This document shows, in pieces, positions 8,594-17,249 of a DNA stretch of 64,000 nt. Positions within the stretch are counted from its first letter, which is position 1; every line of letters starts with the position of its first letter. Made by a program: the position numbers and the translations under genes. The notes beneath the pieces are model-generated. The model ran no database searches. It saw only the letters and a program-made list of their open reading frames with translations, and was not told where the DNA came from. Source of the stretch: an uncultured Actinomycetota bacterium (GTDB taxonomy: Bacteria; Actinomycetota; Actinomycetes; Propionibacteriales; Nocardioidaceae); assembly GCA_963765915.1 (NCBI GenBank), contig CAVXYB010000002.1, forward strand, positions 27,026 through 91,025, read 5' to 3'.

Positions 8594-10753
8594 TCAAGAG
8601 TTCGTCGCGGCGACACTGCTGGATGGCGCCGGAGACACCCCGGCCAGCCCCATCCGGTCGAGGACCCAGGCCAGCCCGAAGGCGCGGTCGTGCCACGCCT
8701 TGTACCGGCCTGACACGCCCCCGTGGCCGGCCGACATCTCGGTCCGCAGCAGCACGTCGGCGCCGTTGGGCGCGGTCGCGCGGAGCCTGGCCACCCACTT
8801 GGCGGGCTCGACGTAGAGGACGCGGGTGTCGTTGAGCGAGGTCTCGGCCAGGATCGGCGGACATCTGACGGCGGCCACGTTGTCGTAGGGGGCGTAGCCC
8901 GCGATGTAGTCGTAGACCTCCCGGTCCGCCTCCGGGTTGCCCCACTCGTCGTACTCGGTGACCGTGAGCGGCAGGGTGGCGTCCAGCATGGTGGTCAGGT
9001 TGTCGACGAAGGGCACGACGGCGAGGATCCCCCCGAACAGCTCGGGAGCCTGGTTCGCCACCGCGCCCACCAGCAGGCCGCCGGCGCTGGCGCCCTCCGC
9101 GACCAGCGTCTCCGGTGTCGACCAGCCGCTCTCGACGAGATGGCGGGCGCAGGCCACGAAGTCGGAGAACGTGTGCTGCTTGCGGAGCAGCTTGCCGTCG
9201 TCGTACCAGCGTCGCCCCATCTCGCCGCCGCCCCGGACGTGCGCGATCGCGAATGCCGCACCGCGGTCGAGCAGCGAGAGCCGGGCGATCGAGAAGTAGG
9301 GGTCGATCGAGGTCTCGTAGGCGCCGTACCCGTAGAGCAGGGTGGGCACCGGGCGGCTGCCGCCGCCGACCCGGCTCACGATCGAGATCGGGACCTGCTC
9401 GCCGTCCTCGGCGGTCGCCCAGAGCCGGTGCTCCTCGTAGTCGGCTGGGTCAAAGCCACCCAGCACCGGCGCCCGGCGCCGCAGAGTGAGCTCCCGGGTG
9501 CGCACGTCGTAGTCGTAGACCGAGGACGGCACGGCCATCGTCGTGAAGCCGAGCCGGACCGTCGGCTGGGCGAAGTTCGGGTTGCCGCCCGAGCCCACCG
9601 TGTAGACCTCTTGGTTGAACTCGACCAGGTAGTCGTCGCCGACCCCGTCCGGACCGAGCTCGAGGATCCGCAGCTGGGTGAGCCCCTCGCTGCGCTGGTG
9701 GACGACCAGGTGGCCCGCGAAGGCGTCCACGTCCTCCAGCCGTACGGCGGGGTCGTGGCGGACCAGCGGCGTCCAACCCTTCGGCGCCGTGGGCGCCACC
9801 GGCGCCGTGGCGAGCTCGAAGTCCGGCCCGGCGCCGTTGTGCAGGACGACGAACACGTCCTCGCCGGCAATGATCGCGTGGTCGAGGGAGTACTCCAGGC
9901 CCTCGCGGCGCTCGGAGAAGACGCGGAAGCCGAGCTCAGGTGCGTCGGCGTCGAGGAAGCGGAACTCCGAGGTGATCTTCGAGCCCGCTGCGATGATCAT
10001 GAACCGGTCGCTGCGACTGCGGCCGACGCCGACGAAGAACCGGCCGTCCTGCTCGTGGTGGACCAGCTCGTCGTCCGCCTGGCCGGTGCCCAGGCCGTGG
10101 CGCCAGATCTTGTCGGCGCGCCACGACTCGTCGACGGTCGTGTAGTAGAGGTGCTCGCCGGCGCGGTCCCAGGTGGCGCCGCCGATCACGCCGACGATCT
10201 CGTCGTCGCGGTGCTGGCGGGTGGCCAGGTCCAGGACCCGGATCGTGTAGCGCTCGTCGCCGACCACGTCGGTCGAGTAGGCGAGCAGGGCGCCGTCGGG
10301 GCTGATGCTCGACCCACCCAGGGAGAAGAACTCGTGCCCCTCGGCCAGCGCGTCCAGGTCGAGCAGCAGCTCCTCGCCGGGCAGCGCCGGCTGGTCGGGT
10401 GCGCAGTCCTCGACCAGCGTGGGTGGTGTCCAGTCGTCCGGGTCACCGACCGGGACCCGGCAGCTGGCGCCGTACTCGCGGCCCTCGAAGGACCGGCCGT
10501 AGTACCAGTAGCCGCGGTTGCGCGTCGGCACCGACAGATCGGTCTCTCTGGTGCGGGCCTTGATCTCCTCGAAGATCGCCTGGCGCAAGTCCGCGAGGTG
10601 CGCGGTCTGGGCCTGGGTGTAGGCATTCTCGGCCTCGAGGTGGCTCGTCACCTCCGGAGTGCCCTTGGCGCGGAGCCACTCGTAGTCGTCCACCCGGGTC
10701 CGGCCGTGGTGCTCGGTGATGACCGGACGTCGGTCGGCGACAGGCGGCTGCAT
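8594..10753 (-). CDS. ptrB: Oligopeptidase B (S9 family)
   Basis: DDYEWLR, HVRGGGEMG, catalytic GASAGG, NDTRV, AGHGG. Confidence 0.93.
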   Translation of the reverse strand: MQPPVADRRPVITEHHGRTRVDDYEWLRAKGTPEVTSHLEAENAYTQAQTAHLADLRQAIFEEIKARTRETDLSVPTRNRGYWYYGRSFEGREYGASCRVPVGDPDDWTPPTLVEDCAPDQPALPGEELLLDLDALAEGHEFFSLGGSSISPDGALLAYSTDVVGDERYTIRVLDLATRQHRDDEIVGVIGGATWDRAGEHLYYTTVDESWRADKIWRHGLGTGQADDELVHHEQDGRFFVGVGRSRSDRFMIIAAGSKITSEFRFLDADAPELGFRVFSERREGLEYSLDHAIIAGEDVFVVLHNGAGPDFELATAPVAPTAPKGWTPLVRHDPAVRLEDVDAFAGHLVVHQRSEGLTQLRILELGPDGVGDDYLVEFNQEVYTVGSGGNPNFAQPTVRLGFTTMAVPSSVYDYDVRTRELTLRRRAPVLGGFDPADYEEHRLWATAEDGEQVPISIVSRVGGGSRPVPTLLYGYGAYETSIDPYFSIARLSLLDRGAAFAIAHVRGGGEMGRRWYDDGKLLRKQHTFSDFVACARHLVESGWSTPETLVAEGASAGGLLVGAVANQAPELFGGILAVVPFVDNLTTMLDATLPLTVTEYDEWGNPEADREVYDYIAGYAPYDNVAAVRCPPILAETSLNDTRVLYVEPAKWVARLRATAPNGADVLLRTEMSAGHGGVSGRYKAWHDRAFGLAWVLDRMGLAGVSPAPSSSVAATNS

Positions 10754-10799
10754 AGCGGAAGAACCTATCGCCGCCCGGTTCGCGATTTATGTTGGGCCC

Positions 10800-11498
10800 G
10801 TGTTGCGGTACGTCGACCTGAACGCCGACCTCGGCGAGGAGGTCACCGACGACGCGGCGCTGCTCGCGATCGTGACCAGCGCCAACCTCGCCTGCGGCTA
10901 CCACGCGGGCAACACCGCGATCATGCGCACGGTGTGCGAGCAGGCGGCCGGGCTCGGTGTCTCGGTGGGGGCACAGGTCTCATACGACGACCGGGAGCAC
11001 TTCGGCCGGGTGGCTCGGGACGTCGCCCGCGACGTACTCCGCGATCAGGTGGCAGACCAGGTCGGGACGCTCTCGGCGATCGCGACCGCAGCCGGGACGG
11101 AGGTGCGCTACGTCAAGCCTCACGGTGCGCTCTACCACCGGGTCATCGACGACGAGGAACAGGCGGCCGCCGTGCTCGATGGCTCCGGGTCCCTCCCGGT
11201 GCTGGGCATGCCCGGCGCGCTGCTGCGGGGCGCGGAGCGGGCTGGGCGGGTGGTCCTCCGCGAGGGGTTCCCCGATCGTGGGTACGGCGCCGACGGCCGA
11301 CTGCTGCCCCGGGGGCAGCCGGGCGCGCTCCTCGAGGGCGGGGCCGAGATCGCGGCCCACGCGGTCGCGCTCGCGGGCTCGACCGACCCGCCCGTCGACT
11401 CGCTGTGCGTGCACGGCGACAGCCCGGGGGCGGTCGACCATGCCGCCGCGGTACGAGCGGCGCTCGAGGGCGCGGGCTGGTCGCTGCGCGGACTGTGA
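10800..11498 (+). CDS. pxpA: 5-oxoprolinase subunit A (LamB/YcsF)
   Basis: DLNADLGE, SANLACGYHAG, YVKPHGALY, SLCVHGDSPGA. Confidence 0.93.
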   Translation: MLRYVDLNADLGEEVTDDAALLAIVTSANLACGYHAGNTAIMRTVCEQAAGLGVSVGAQVSYDDREHFGRVARDVARDVLRDQVADQVGTLSAIATAAGTEVRYVKPHGALYHRVIDDEEQAAAVLDGSGSLPVLGMPGALLRGAERAGRVVLREGFPDRGYGADGRLLPRGQPGALLEGGAEIAAHAVALAGSTDPPVDSLCVHGDSPGAVDHAAAVRAALEGAGWSLRGL

Positions 11499-11520
11499 CC
11501 CTGGATTCCACGGCCATCTC

Positions 11521-11606
11521 TCGTCCACAGACCGCCGCGAAAACTGTGGAGAAACTGGCGAATCTGTGGAGGTACCCACCATGTCTGTGGAGCATGCTGT
11601 GCAACC
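11521..11606. promoter_or_regulatory. Cluster of DnaA-box-like sites
   Basis: TCGTCCACA (11521), TGTGGAGAA (11545), TGTGGAGGT (11565), TGTGGAGCA (11586), TGTGCAACC (11598); 20-21 bp spacing among the TGTGGAG copies. Confidence 0.45.
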
Positions 11607-11676
11607 AGAAGAATGTTCGAGAAACTTCTCCTGAAGCCCTTGCGCAGGTGGTGATCCAGGACATAGAACTCTCCTA

Positions 11677-11875
11677 CCGATCCACCGCCGGCCCTGCCGG
11701 TAGGAGATTGGGGATCGAACAGGAACGAAGATCCATACCGCGAGGCAACTTGCGGCGTCGGCCCGGTGACGGGGACGGCGGGGTTGGAGAGCCGGTTTGG
11801 TCGAGGTGGGCGTCACCGTTTCCGCCTCAAAGCTGAGGGCCTCTTGATGCTCATACCATCGAGAGGCCCTCACCC
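11677..11875 (+). ncRNA. Candidate structured ncRNA, copy 1 (family not recognised)
   Basis: Duplicated at 11963-12161; stems CGATCC/GGATCG, CCGCGAG-GCAA-CTTGCGG, GAGGTGG/CCGCCTC and a terminal 16-bp hairpin; differences between copies preserve pairing. Confidence 0.7.
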
Positions 11876-11962
11876 TTCCTCTTCGCCGTCGGCCCAGCCG
11901 AAGGAGGAGAGGGAGAACCGAGGGCCTCTTGGTGCTCATACCACCAGGTGACTTTCAAAACT

Positions 11963-12161
11963 CCGATCTACCGCCGGCTTGCCGGTATGGGGCTCGGGAT
12001 CGCTCAGGAACGAAGATCCATACCGCGAGGCAACTCGCGGCGTCGGCCCGGTGACGGGGACGGCGGGGTCGGAGAGCCGGTGCGGTCGAGGTGGGCGTCA
12101 CCCTGCCGCCTCAAAGCCGAGGGCCCTCTTGATGCTCATACCATCAAGAGGGCCCTCACCC
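11963..12161 (+). ncRNA. Candidate structured ncRNA, copy 2
   Basis: Same architecture as copy 1; CCGCGAG-GCAA-CTCGCGG; terminal hairpin has one extra C-G pair. Confidence 0.7.
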
Positions 12162-12295
12162 ATTTCGCAGGTGCTCGGCAGGGACTGGCCCTGACCTGCA
12201 GTCACTCTGGCCAACCTCTGTGTCCGATCGCAAACCGAGAAGGCCAACTGTGAGCCACCTCTCGGTGAACTCTTCGAGCCCGGAACGGCGAGACT

Positions 12296-12919
12296 GTGCT
12301 CGTGGACAGGTCGCAGTACAGCCCCCTCGAGCTGCGACCGGTGGGTCCGTCCGCACTCCTCGCCGAGGTGGCGGACAGCTCGGCCGCCCGGTCGCTGGCG
12401 GCGTACGCCCGGGCCGCCAGGGTGTCGGCCGACGAGGTGGTCCCCGGTGCATGCACGGTGCTCTTCGACGGGGTTCCCGACACCGACGAGCTCGCCGGGC
12501 TGCTGGCCGGCTGGACGCCTGAGTCGCAGGTCGAGCCTGGTGACCTGGTCGAGCTCGCGGTGGTCTACGACGGTGCGGACCTCGAGGACGTCGCCGCCCG
12601 CTGGGGCACCGACCTCGAGGGCGTGGTGGCCAGGCACGGCGAGCTGGAGTTCGTCGCCGCGTTCTGCGGCTTCGCGCCGGGGTTCGCCTACCTGGCTGGG
12701 CTCCCGCAGGAGTACGCCGTCCCGCGGCTCGACACACCACGCACTCGTGTCCCCGCCGGGTCGGTAGGGCTGGCCGGCAGCTGGTGCGGTGTCTACCCGT
12801 CCGTCTCACCGGGTGGCTGGCGGCTGCTCGGTCGAACCGACGCGCCGTTGTGGGACCCGTCCCGCAGCCAGCCCGCGCTGCTCGCGCCGGGGACCCGAGT
12901 CAGGTTCGTGCCGGCATGA
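12296..12919 (+). CDS. pxpB: 5-oxoprolinase subunit B
   Basis: VVPGACTVL, YDGADL, GFAPGFAYL, PRTRVPAGSVG, SPGGWRLLGRT; start uncertain. Confidence 0.92.
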   Translation: MLVDRSQYSPLELRPVGPSALLAEVADSSAARSLAAYARAARVSADEVVPGACTVLFDGVPDTDELAGLLAGWTPESQVEPGDLVELAVVYDGADLEDVAARWGTDLEGVVARHGELEFVAAFCGFAPGFAYLAGLPQEYAVPRLDTPRTRVPAGSVGLAGSWCGVYPSVSPGGWRLLGRTDAPLWDPSRSQPALLAPGTRVRFVPA

Positions 12920-13761
12920 CCACCCTGCACGTCGAGCGCGCGGGTGCGCTCACCACCGTCCAGGACCGCGGCCGGCGCGGCCTCGCTCACCTTGGCGTAC
13001 CGCGGGCCGGGCCAATGGACGTCCCGGCCGCCGCGCTCGCCAACCGCCTGGTCGGCAACGGCGCCGACGCCGCCCTGCTCGAGGTCACGTGGGGCGGGCT
13101 CGAGCTGACGCCCGACGACGGGGTCTGGGTCGCGGTCACCGGCGCGCCGGTCCGGTTCGACGTGGACGGTGCCGAACGCGGTGGTGACCAGGCCGAGTGG
13201 GTGCCCGCGGGGGCCCGGCTCCGGCTGGGCTCGCCGCGCACCGGCGTCCGGTCCTACGTCGCGCTCGCCGGTGGGGTCACCGTGGACCCGGTCCTCGGCT
13301 CGCGGTCCACAGACACCCTCGCCTGGGTGGGCCCACCGCGCGTCGAGGACGGCGCCGAGCTCCCGGTCGGTGCCGCCATGGGGCCGCCGGTGCCGCTCGA
13401 CACGCCGCGCCCACGCGCCCCCGGACCGCTCCGGGTGTCACCGGGGCCGCGGGCCGACTGGTTCGCCGAGGACGCAGTCGAGCGGCTGTGCGCGGCGGCG
13501 TACGTCGTCGGCGACGCCTCCAACCGGGTCGGGCTCCGCCTCGACGGCCCCGCGCCGGAGAGACGTCGCAACGACGAGCTGCCCAGCGAGGGGATGGTGC
13601 TCGGGGCCGTGCAGGTGCCGCCCAGTGGCCAGCCCGTGGTCCTCCTGGCCGACCACCCGCCGACCGGCGGGTACCCGGTGCTCGCGGTCGTGCAGTCCGA
13701 CGACCTGTGGCAGTGCGCGCAAGCACGGCCTGGGGACACGCTGCGGTTCGTGCGAGGCTGA
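12916..13761 (+). CDS. pxpC: 5-oxoprolinase subunit C
   Basis: TTVQDRGR, ANRLVGN, VLGSRSTD, SNRVGLRL, DHPPTGGYPV; ATGA overlap with pxpB. Confidence 0.93.
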   Translation: MTTLHVERAGALTTVQDRGRRGLAHLGVPRAGPMDVPAAALANRLVGNGADAALLEVTWGGLELTPDDGVWVAVTGAPVRFDVDGAERGGDQAEWVPAGARLRLGSPRTGVRSYVALAGGVTVDPVLGSRSTDTLAWVGPPRVEDGAELPVGAAMGPPVPLDTPRPRAPGPLRVSPGPRADWFAEDAVERLCAAAYVVGDASNRVGLRLDGPAPERRRNDELPSEGMVLGAVQVPPSGQPVVLLADHPPTGGYPVLAVVQSDDLWQCAQARPGDTLRFVRG

Positions 13762-13767
13762 AGCTGG

Positions 13768-14778
13768 TCAGAGGTACTTGACGAACTCGGCCGACACCTC
13801 GACCGGCCGGAACCCCATCCGCTCGTTGATCGAGACCATGAAGTCGTTGGTCTCGGCGTTCTGCGTGGTAACCAGGGAGAGGTCGCCGCGGGCCGCCTGG
13901 GCGGCGCGGAGGTTGACCGCCTTCGTGGCCAGGCCGAGGGCGTGGCCACGGTGCTGGCGATGCACGAACGTGCCCCACTGGTAGACGTCGGTGCTGCCCG
14001 CCAGCGGCACCGCCAGGGTCGACTGCGCGACCACCTGCCGGTCCGGGGTGAGCGCCACCGTCTCGTAGCGGGCACGTCCCATCGCCTTGGTCGTGGCCAC
14101 CATCTCGGCGTACCGCTCGGGAGTCACGACCTCCTCCTCGAAGTCGACGGCGCCGGTCGGCGCATCGACCGCGAGCTGGCCGAGCAGCACGCACAGGGAC
14201 TCGATGAGATCGTCGGGCATCTCGTCCACGAACGTCTGGATCGCATAGCCCTCGTGGCGCGGTGCCGCCTCGTCGATCCAGGTCTGGATCTGCTCGTCAG
14301 CCACCGGGAGCGGGAGGTGCCGGACCACCTCGTAGTTGGACAGGCTGTAGCCGCAAGCCTCGGCGAAGCGCCGGTAGGCGTAGTCCTCGCGATCGTCGAA
14401 GGGCAGCTTGGCGTCGCACATGATCAGCGCCCGCCCGTCGTCCTTGGCGGTCTGCTCCAGCCGCTCGAGCAGGGCGCGACCGATGCCGCGCCGACGCTCA
14501 GGCACATCGACGTTCACGTGGAACCAGGCCTTCTCGACATTGTCGAGCAGGAACGACCACAGCACGGCGTTGCCGACCATGCGGTCCCCGTCGTACGCCG
14601 TGAACACCTCCTGGCGCTCGCCGCTGTCGACCGAGCGGAAGGCCCCGAGGAACTCCTCGAACCGCCAAAACGGTGCCTGCTCCCGGCCGAAGAGCTCAGC
14701 GCGCCGGTCGAGGTCGTAGAACTCGCGCATCAGCGCGTCGTCCGCGAGAGCGGCGTCGTCGAGCTCGCGAATGTCCAC
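13768..14778 (-). CDS. Tandem GNAT acetyltransferase (C-terminal part of the dinB ORF, with its own leaderless start)
   Basis: ERRRGIGRALL and HRGHALGLATK acetyl-CoA motifs, TQNAETNDFM..NERMGF; TAGCCT -10 box 8 nt upstream of GTG 14778. Confidence 0.85.
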   Translation of the reverse strand: MDIRELDDAALADDALMREFYDLDRRAELFGREQAPFWRFEEFLGAFRSVDSGERQEVFTAYDGDRMVGNAVLWSFLLDNVEKAWFHVNVDVPERRRGIGRALLERLEQTAKDDGRALIMCDAKLPFDDREDYAYRRFAEACGYSLSNYEVVRHLPLPVADEQIQTWIDEAAPRHEGYAIQTFVDEMPDDLIESLCVLLGQLAVDAPTGAVDFEEEVVTPERYAEMVATTKAMGRARYETVALTPDRQVVAQSTLAVPLAGSTDVYQWGTFVHRQHRGHALGLATKAVNLRAAQAARGDLSLVTTQNAETNDFMVSINERMGFRPVEVSAEFVKYL

Positions 14779-16149
14779 GAGCGACGAGGCTAGGCCGGGC
14801 GGGGGGTCGACCGGTACCGAATATTCGGCCGGTACGCCTTCGGTGGCCTCCTCGGCCGGCCACGGGTGCAGCGCCGGGTCGTCGTCGGCGTACGAGCGGA
14901 CCGGACCGGACGGCGTCTCGGCGGTCTCGAACCGGACGGTGACCACGCCCCGTCCGGCGCCCCACACCCAGCCCCGGCCCATCTCGTCGTGGACGACATC
15001 CATGCCCGGCGACCAGCCCGGCCGGTCGCGCGCCCGGGTGACCTCGACCGCCGGCGCCTCCGGCTCCTCGTCCTCGGTCTCCCCGAAGAGGTCCTCCTGG
15101 ATCCAGTCGGCCAGGCCCGAGACGCCCACCCCGAGCAGCCGGACGCCGCCGGAGGTGTCGAGGTCGGCCAGCAGTCCGCGCGCCAGCTTGGCCACGGTCG
15201 TCCCGCTGTCGGTGGGGGAGGCCAGGGTCGTGGAGCGGTTGAGGGTGGTGAAGTCGTGCAGCCGGACCTTGATCGTGACGGTCCGGCCGGACAGGCCGTG
15301 CTTGCGCAGGCGGGTAGCGACGTCGTTGGCCTGCCGGCTCAGCAGGTGCTCCATCAGCGTCCGGTCGGTGAGGTCGGTGTCGTAGGTCCCCTCGGAGCTG
15401 ATCGACTTGGTCTCCCGCTCGGGCTCGACGCGTCGGTCGTCGTCGGCGCGGGCCAGCGCATACAACCCGTTGCCGTGCGCCTTGCCGACCAGCCGGACGA
15501 GCTCGTCGAGGCTGACCGACTCGAGCTCGGCGACCGTGTGGATCCCGACCCGGCGCAGCCGTTCGGCGGTGGCGGGGCCGACCCCGGGGATGACGGTGAC
15601 ATGCATCGGCCGGAGCAGCTCGCGCTCGGTGCCGGGCGGTACGACGACCAGACCGTTCGGCTTGTCGAGGTCGCTGGCCACCTTGGCGATGAACTTCGAG
15701 GACCCGATGCCCACCGAGGCGGTGAGGCCGCCGGTCGCCTCGGCGACGCCGGCCCGGAGCTGCTCGGCGAACGCGGTGACCGTCGCGACCTCGAGGTCGG
15801 GCAGCTCCGCGGCTTCGAGGTCGACGAATGCCTCGTCGAGCGAGAGGGGCTCCACGAGCGGCGAGGCCTCGCGCAGCAGCGCCATCACCAGCGCGCTGGC
15901 GTCGCGGTAGGCGTGGAACCGGCCGGTCAGGAACGCCGCGTGCGGGCAGCGCGACCGGGCCTCGCGGGTGGACATCGCCGAGCGGACGCCGTACTTGCGC
16001 GCCTCGTAGGACGCCGTCGCCACCACTCCGCGGCCACCGACGCCGCCGACCACCACCGGCTTGCCGCGCAGCGAGGGCTTGTCGCGCTGTTCGACCGCCG
16101 CGAAGAAGGCGTCCAGGTCCAGGTGGAGGACCGAGGCGTGGTCGCGCAC
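13768..16149 (-). CDS. dinB: DNA polymerase IV, reading through in frame into the GNAT gene
   Basis: HLDLDAFFAAVEQ, TASYEARKYGV, SLDEAF, AKVASDLDKPNG, VRLLGV; no stop before the GNAT domains. Confidence 0.9.
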   Translation of the reverse strand: MRDHASVLHLDLDAFFAAVEQRDKPSLRGKPVVVGGVGGRGVVATASYEARKYGVRSAMSTREARSRCPHAAFLTGRFHAYRDASALVMALLREASPLVEPLSLDEAFVDLEAAELPDLEVATVTAFAEQLRAGVAEATGGLTASVGIGSSKFIAKVASDLDKPNGLVVVPPGTERELLRPMHVTVIPGVGPATAERLRRVGIHTVAELESVSLDELVRLVGKAHGNGLYALARADDDRRVEPERETKSISSEGTYDTDLTDRTLMEHLLSRQANDVATRLRKHGLSGRTVTIKVRLHDFTTLNRSTTLASPTDSGTTVAKLARGLLADLDTSGGVRLLGVGVSGLADWIQEDLFGETEDEEPEAPAVEVTRARDRPGWSPGMDVVHDEMGRGWVWGAGRGVVTVRFETAETPSGPVRSYADDDPALHPWPAEEATEGVPAEYSVPVDPPPGLASSLVDIRELDDAALADDALMREFYDLDRRAELFGREQAPFWRFEEFLGAFRSVDSGERQEVFTAYDGDRMVGNAVLWSFLLDNVEKAWFHVNVDVPERRRGIGRALLERLEQTAKDDGRALIMCDAKLPFDDREDYAYRRFAEACGYSLSNYEVVRHLPLPVADEQIQTWIDEAAPRHEGYAIQTFVDEMPDDLIESLCVLLGQLAVDAPTGAVDFEEEVVTPERYAEMVATTKAMGRARYETVALTPDRQVVAQSTLAVPLAGSTDVYQWGTFVHRQHRGHALGLATKAVNLRAAQAARGDLSLVTTQNAETNDFMVSINERMGFRPVEVSAEFVKYL

Positions 16150-16279
16150 GGCCGCAACGTACCTCTCGGCACGGACGGACCTGTCCGCGAAACGTCCACA
16201 GCGGGACGGATCCGGCGCTCGCCCACAGGCCGGGCCGGGAGGGCGCGGCCCTGTCGGACTCGGTGGGGAGCCTCTCTGC

Positions 16280-17206
16280 ATGACTAGCTCCGCCCATCGG
16301 GCCACCACCCTGACTGCCCGCAGCCCCGAGGACATCCTCGCCGCGGTTCCCGTCGTGCTCGGCTTCGAGCCGTGCGACTCGGTCGTGATGCTCACCTTCG
16401 GTGGCGTCGAGACCTTCCACGCGCGGGTCGACCTGCCGCCGCCCCGCGAGGTCGGCGAGATGGTGCGGCTGCTGCTCGACCCGGCGCTCAAGCACCGCGT
16501 GACGCAGGTGGTCTTGGTGGTCTACGCCGACGACGGCAAGACGGTCCGCGTCGTGGTGAGCCGACTGCGCCGGGCGTTCGCCGCGGCCGGCATCGACATC
16601 GTCGAGGTGCTGCGCGCCCACGAAGGGCGGTGGTTCGCGCCGGGTCGGCCCGGCGCGCCCGCGAGCGGGGTGCCCTACCACGTCGGCGCCCACCGGTTCC
16701 GGGCCCAGGCCGTGGTCGAGGGGATCGTGGTGCACGGGTCCCGGGCCGAGCTGGAGGCGGTGCTCCGGCCGCTGCCCACGGCCGTCGCCGAGACCACGCG
16801 GGCGGTGCGCCGGGCGTCGCCCAGCTCGCCGGGCGAGGTGGCCGACCTGGTCGACCGGCGCCTCGACGAGGGCCGGTTCACCACGTTCGAGCTGGCCCGG
16901 GTGCTCCTCGGACTGCTCGACGTCGACGGTCGCGACGCCGCCTGGGCGACGATGACCCGCGAGGTGTCCGCCCGGCACGTCCGGCTCTGGACGGATGCCG
17001 TGCAGCGTGCCCCCGACGAACTGGTGGCCGCGCCCGCTGCCGTGCTGGGCCTGGCCGCCTGGCTGTCGGGCCACGGCGCCCTGGCCTGGTGCGCGGTCGA
17101 CCGATGCTCGGCGGTGGAGCCCGACAACTCGCTGGGCGGGCTGGTCGGCGACGTCCTCACGCACGCCATACCCCCGTCAGCGTGGTTCGGTCTGGAGGCC
17201 GGATGA
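16280..17206 (+). CDS. DUF4192 family protein
   Basis: SPEDILAAVPVVLGFEP.DSVV, ARVDLP, RDAAW, AWLSGHGALA. Confidence 0.85.
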   Translation: MTSSAHRATTLTARSPEDILAAVPVVLGFEPCDSVVMLTFGGVETFHARVDLPPPREVGEMVRLLLDPALKHRVTQVVLVVYADDGKTVRVVVSRLRRAFAAAGIDIVEVLRAHEGRWFAPGRPGAPASGVPYHVGAHRFRAQAVVEGIVVHGSRAELEAVLRPLPTAVAETTRAVRRASPSSPGEVADLVDRRLDEGRFTTFELARVLLGLLDVDGRDAAWATMTREVSARHVRLWTDAVQRAPDELVAAPAAVLGLAAWLSGHGALAWCAVDRCSAVEPDNSLGGLVGDVLTHAIPPSAWFGLEAG

Positions 17207-17249
17207 CCGTCGTCGGGCCGGCCCCGGTGGACATGGGTACCGCCCCGCC

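Noticed and set aside
11521-11606. Replication origin
   Set aside because: Boxes are degenerate, there is no AT-rich unwinding element, and dnaA/dnaN are not adjacent.
8723-11836. Very long antisense or alternative-frame ORFs (e.g. 1037 aa here, 976 aa at 38360-41290, 877 aa at 42843-45476)
   Set aside because: Shadow ORFs of high-GC coding sequence; only the 38360-39100 part (lipoprotein) looks real.
11963-12060. SAM-IV or c-di-AMP riboswitch identity for the duplicated RNA
   Set aside because: Only CCGGCTTG is superficially similar; I could not find the core motifs of either family. A cmscan run is still needed.
11766-12253. Short ORFs over the duplicated region (61-101 aa)
   Set aside because: The copies differ by indels that change frames while preserving base pairing; the translations are not protein-like.
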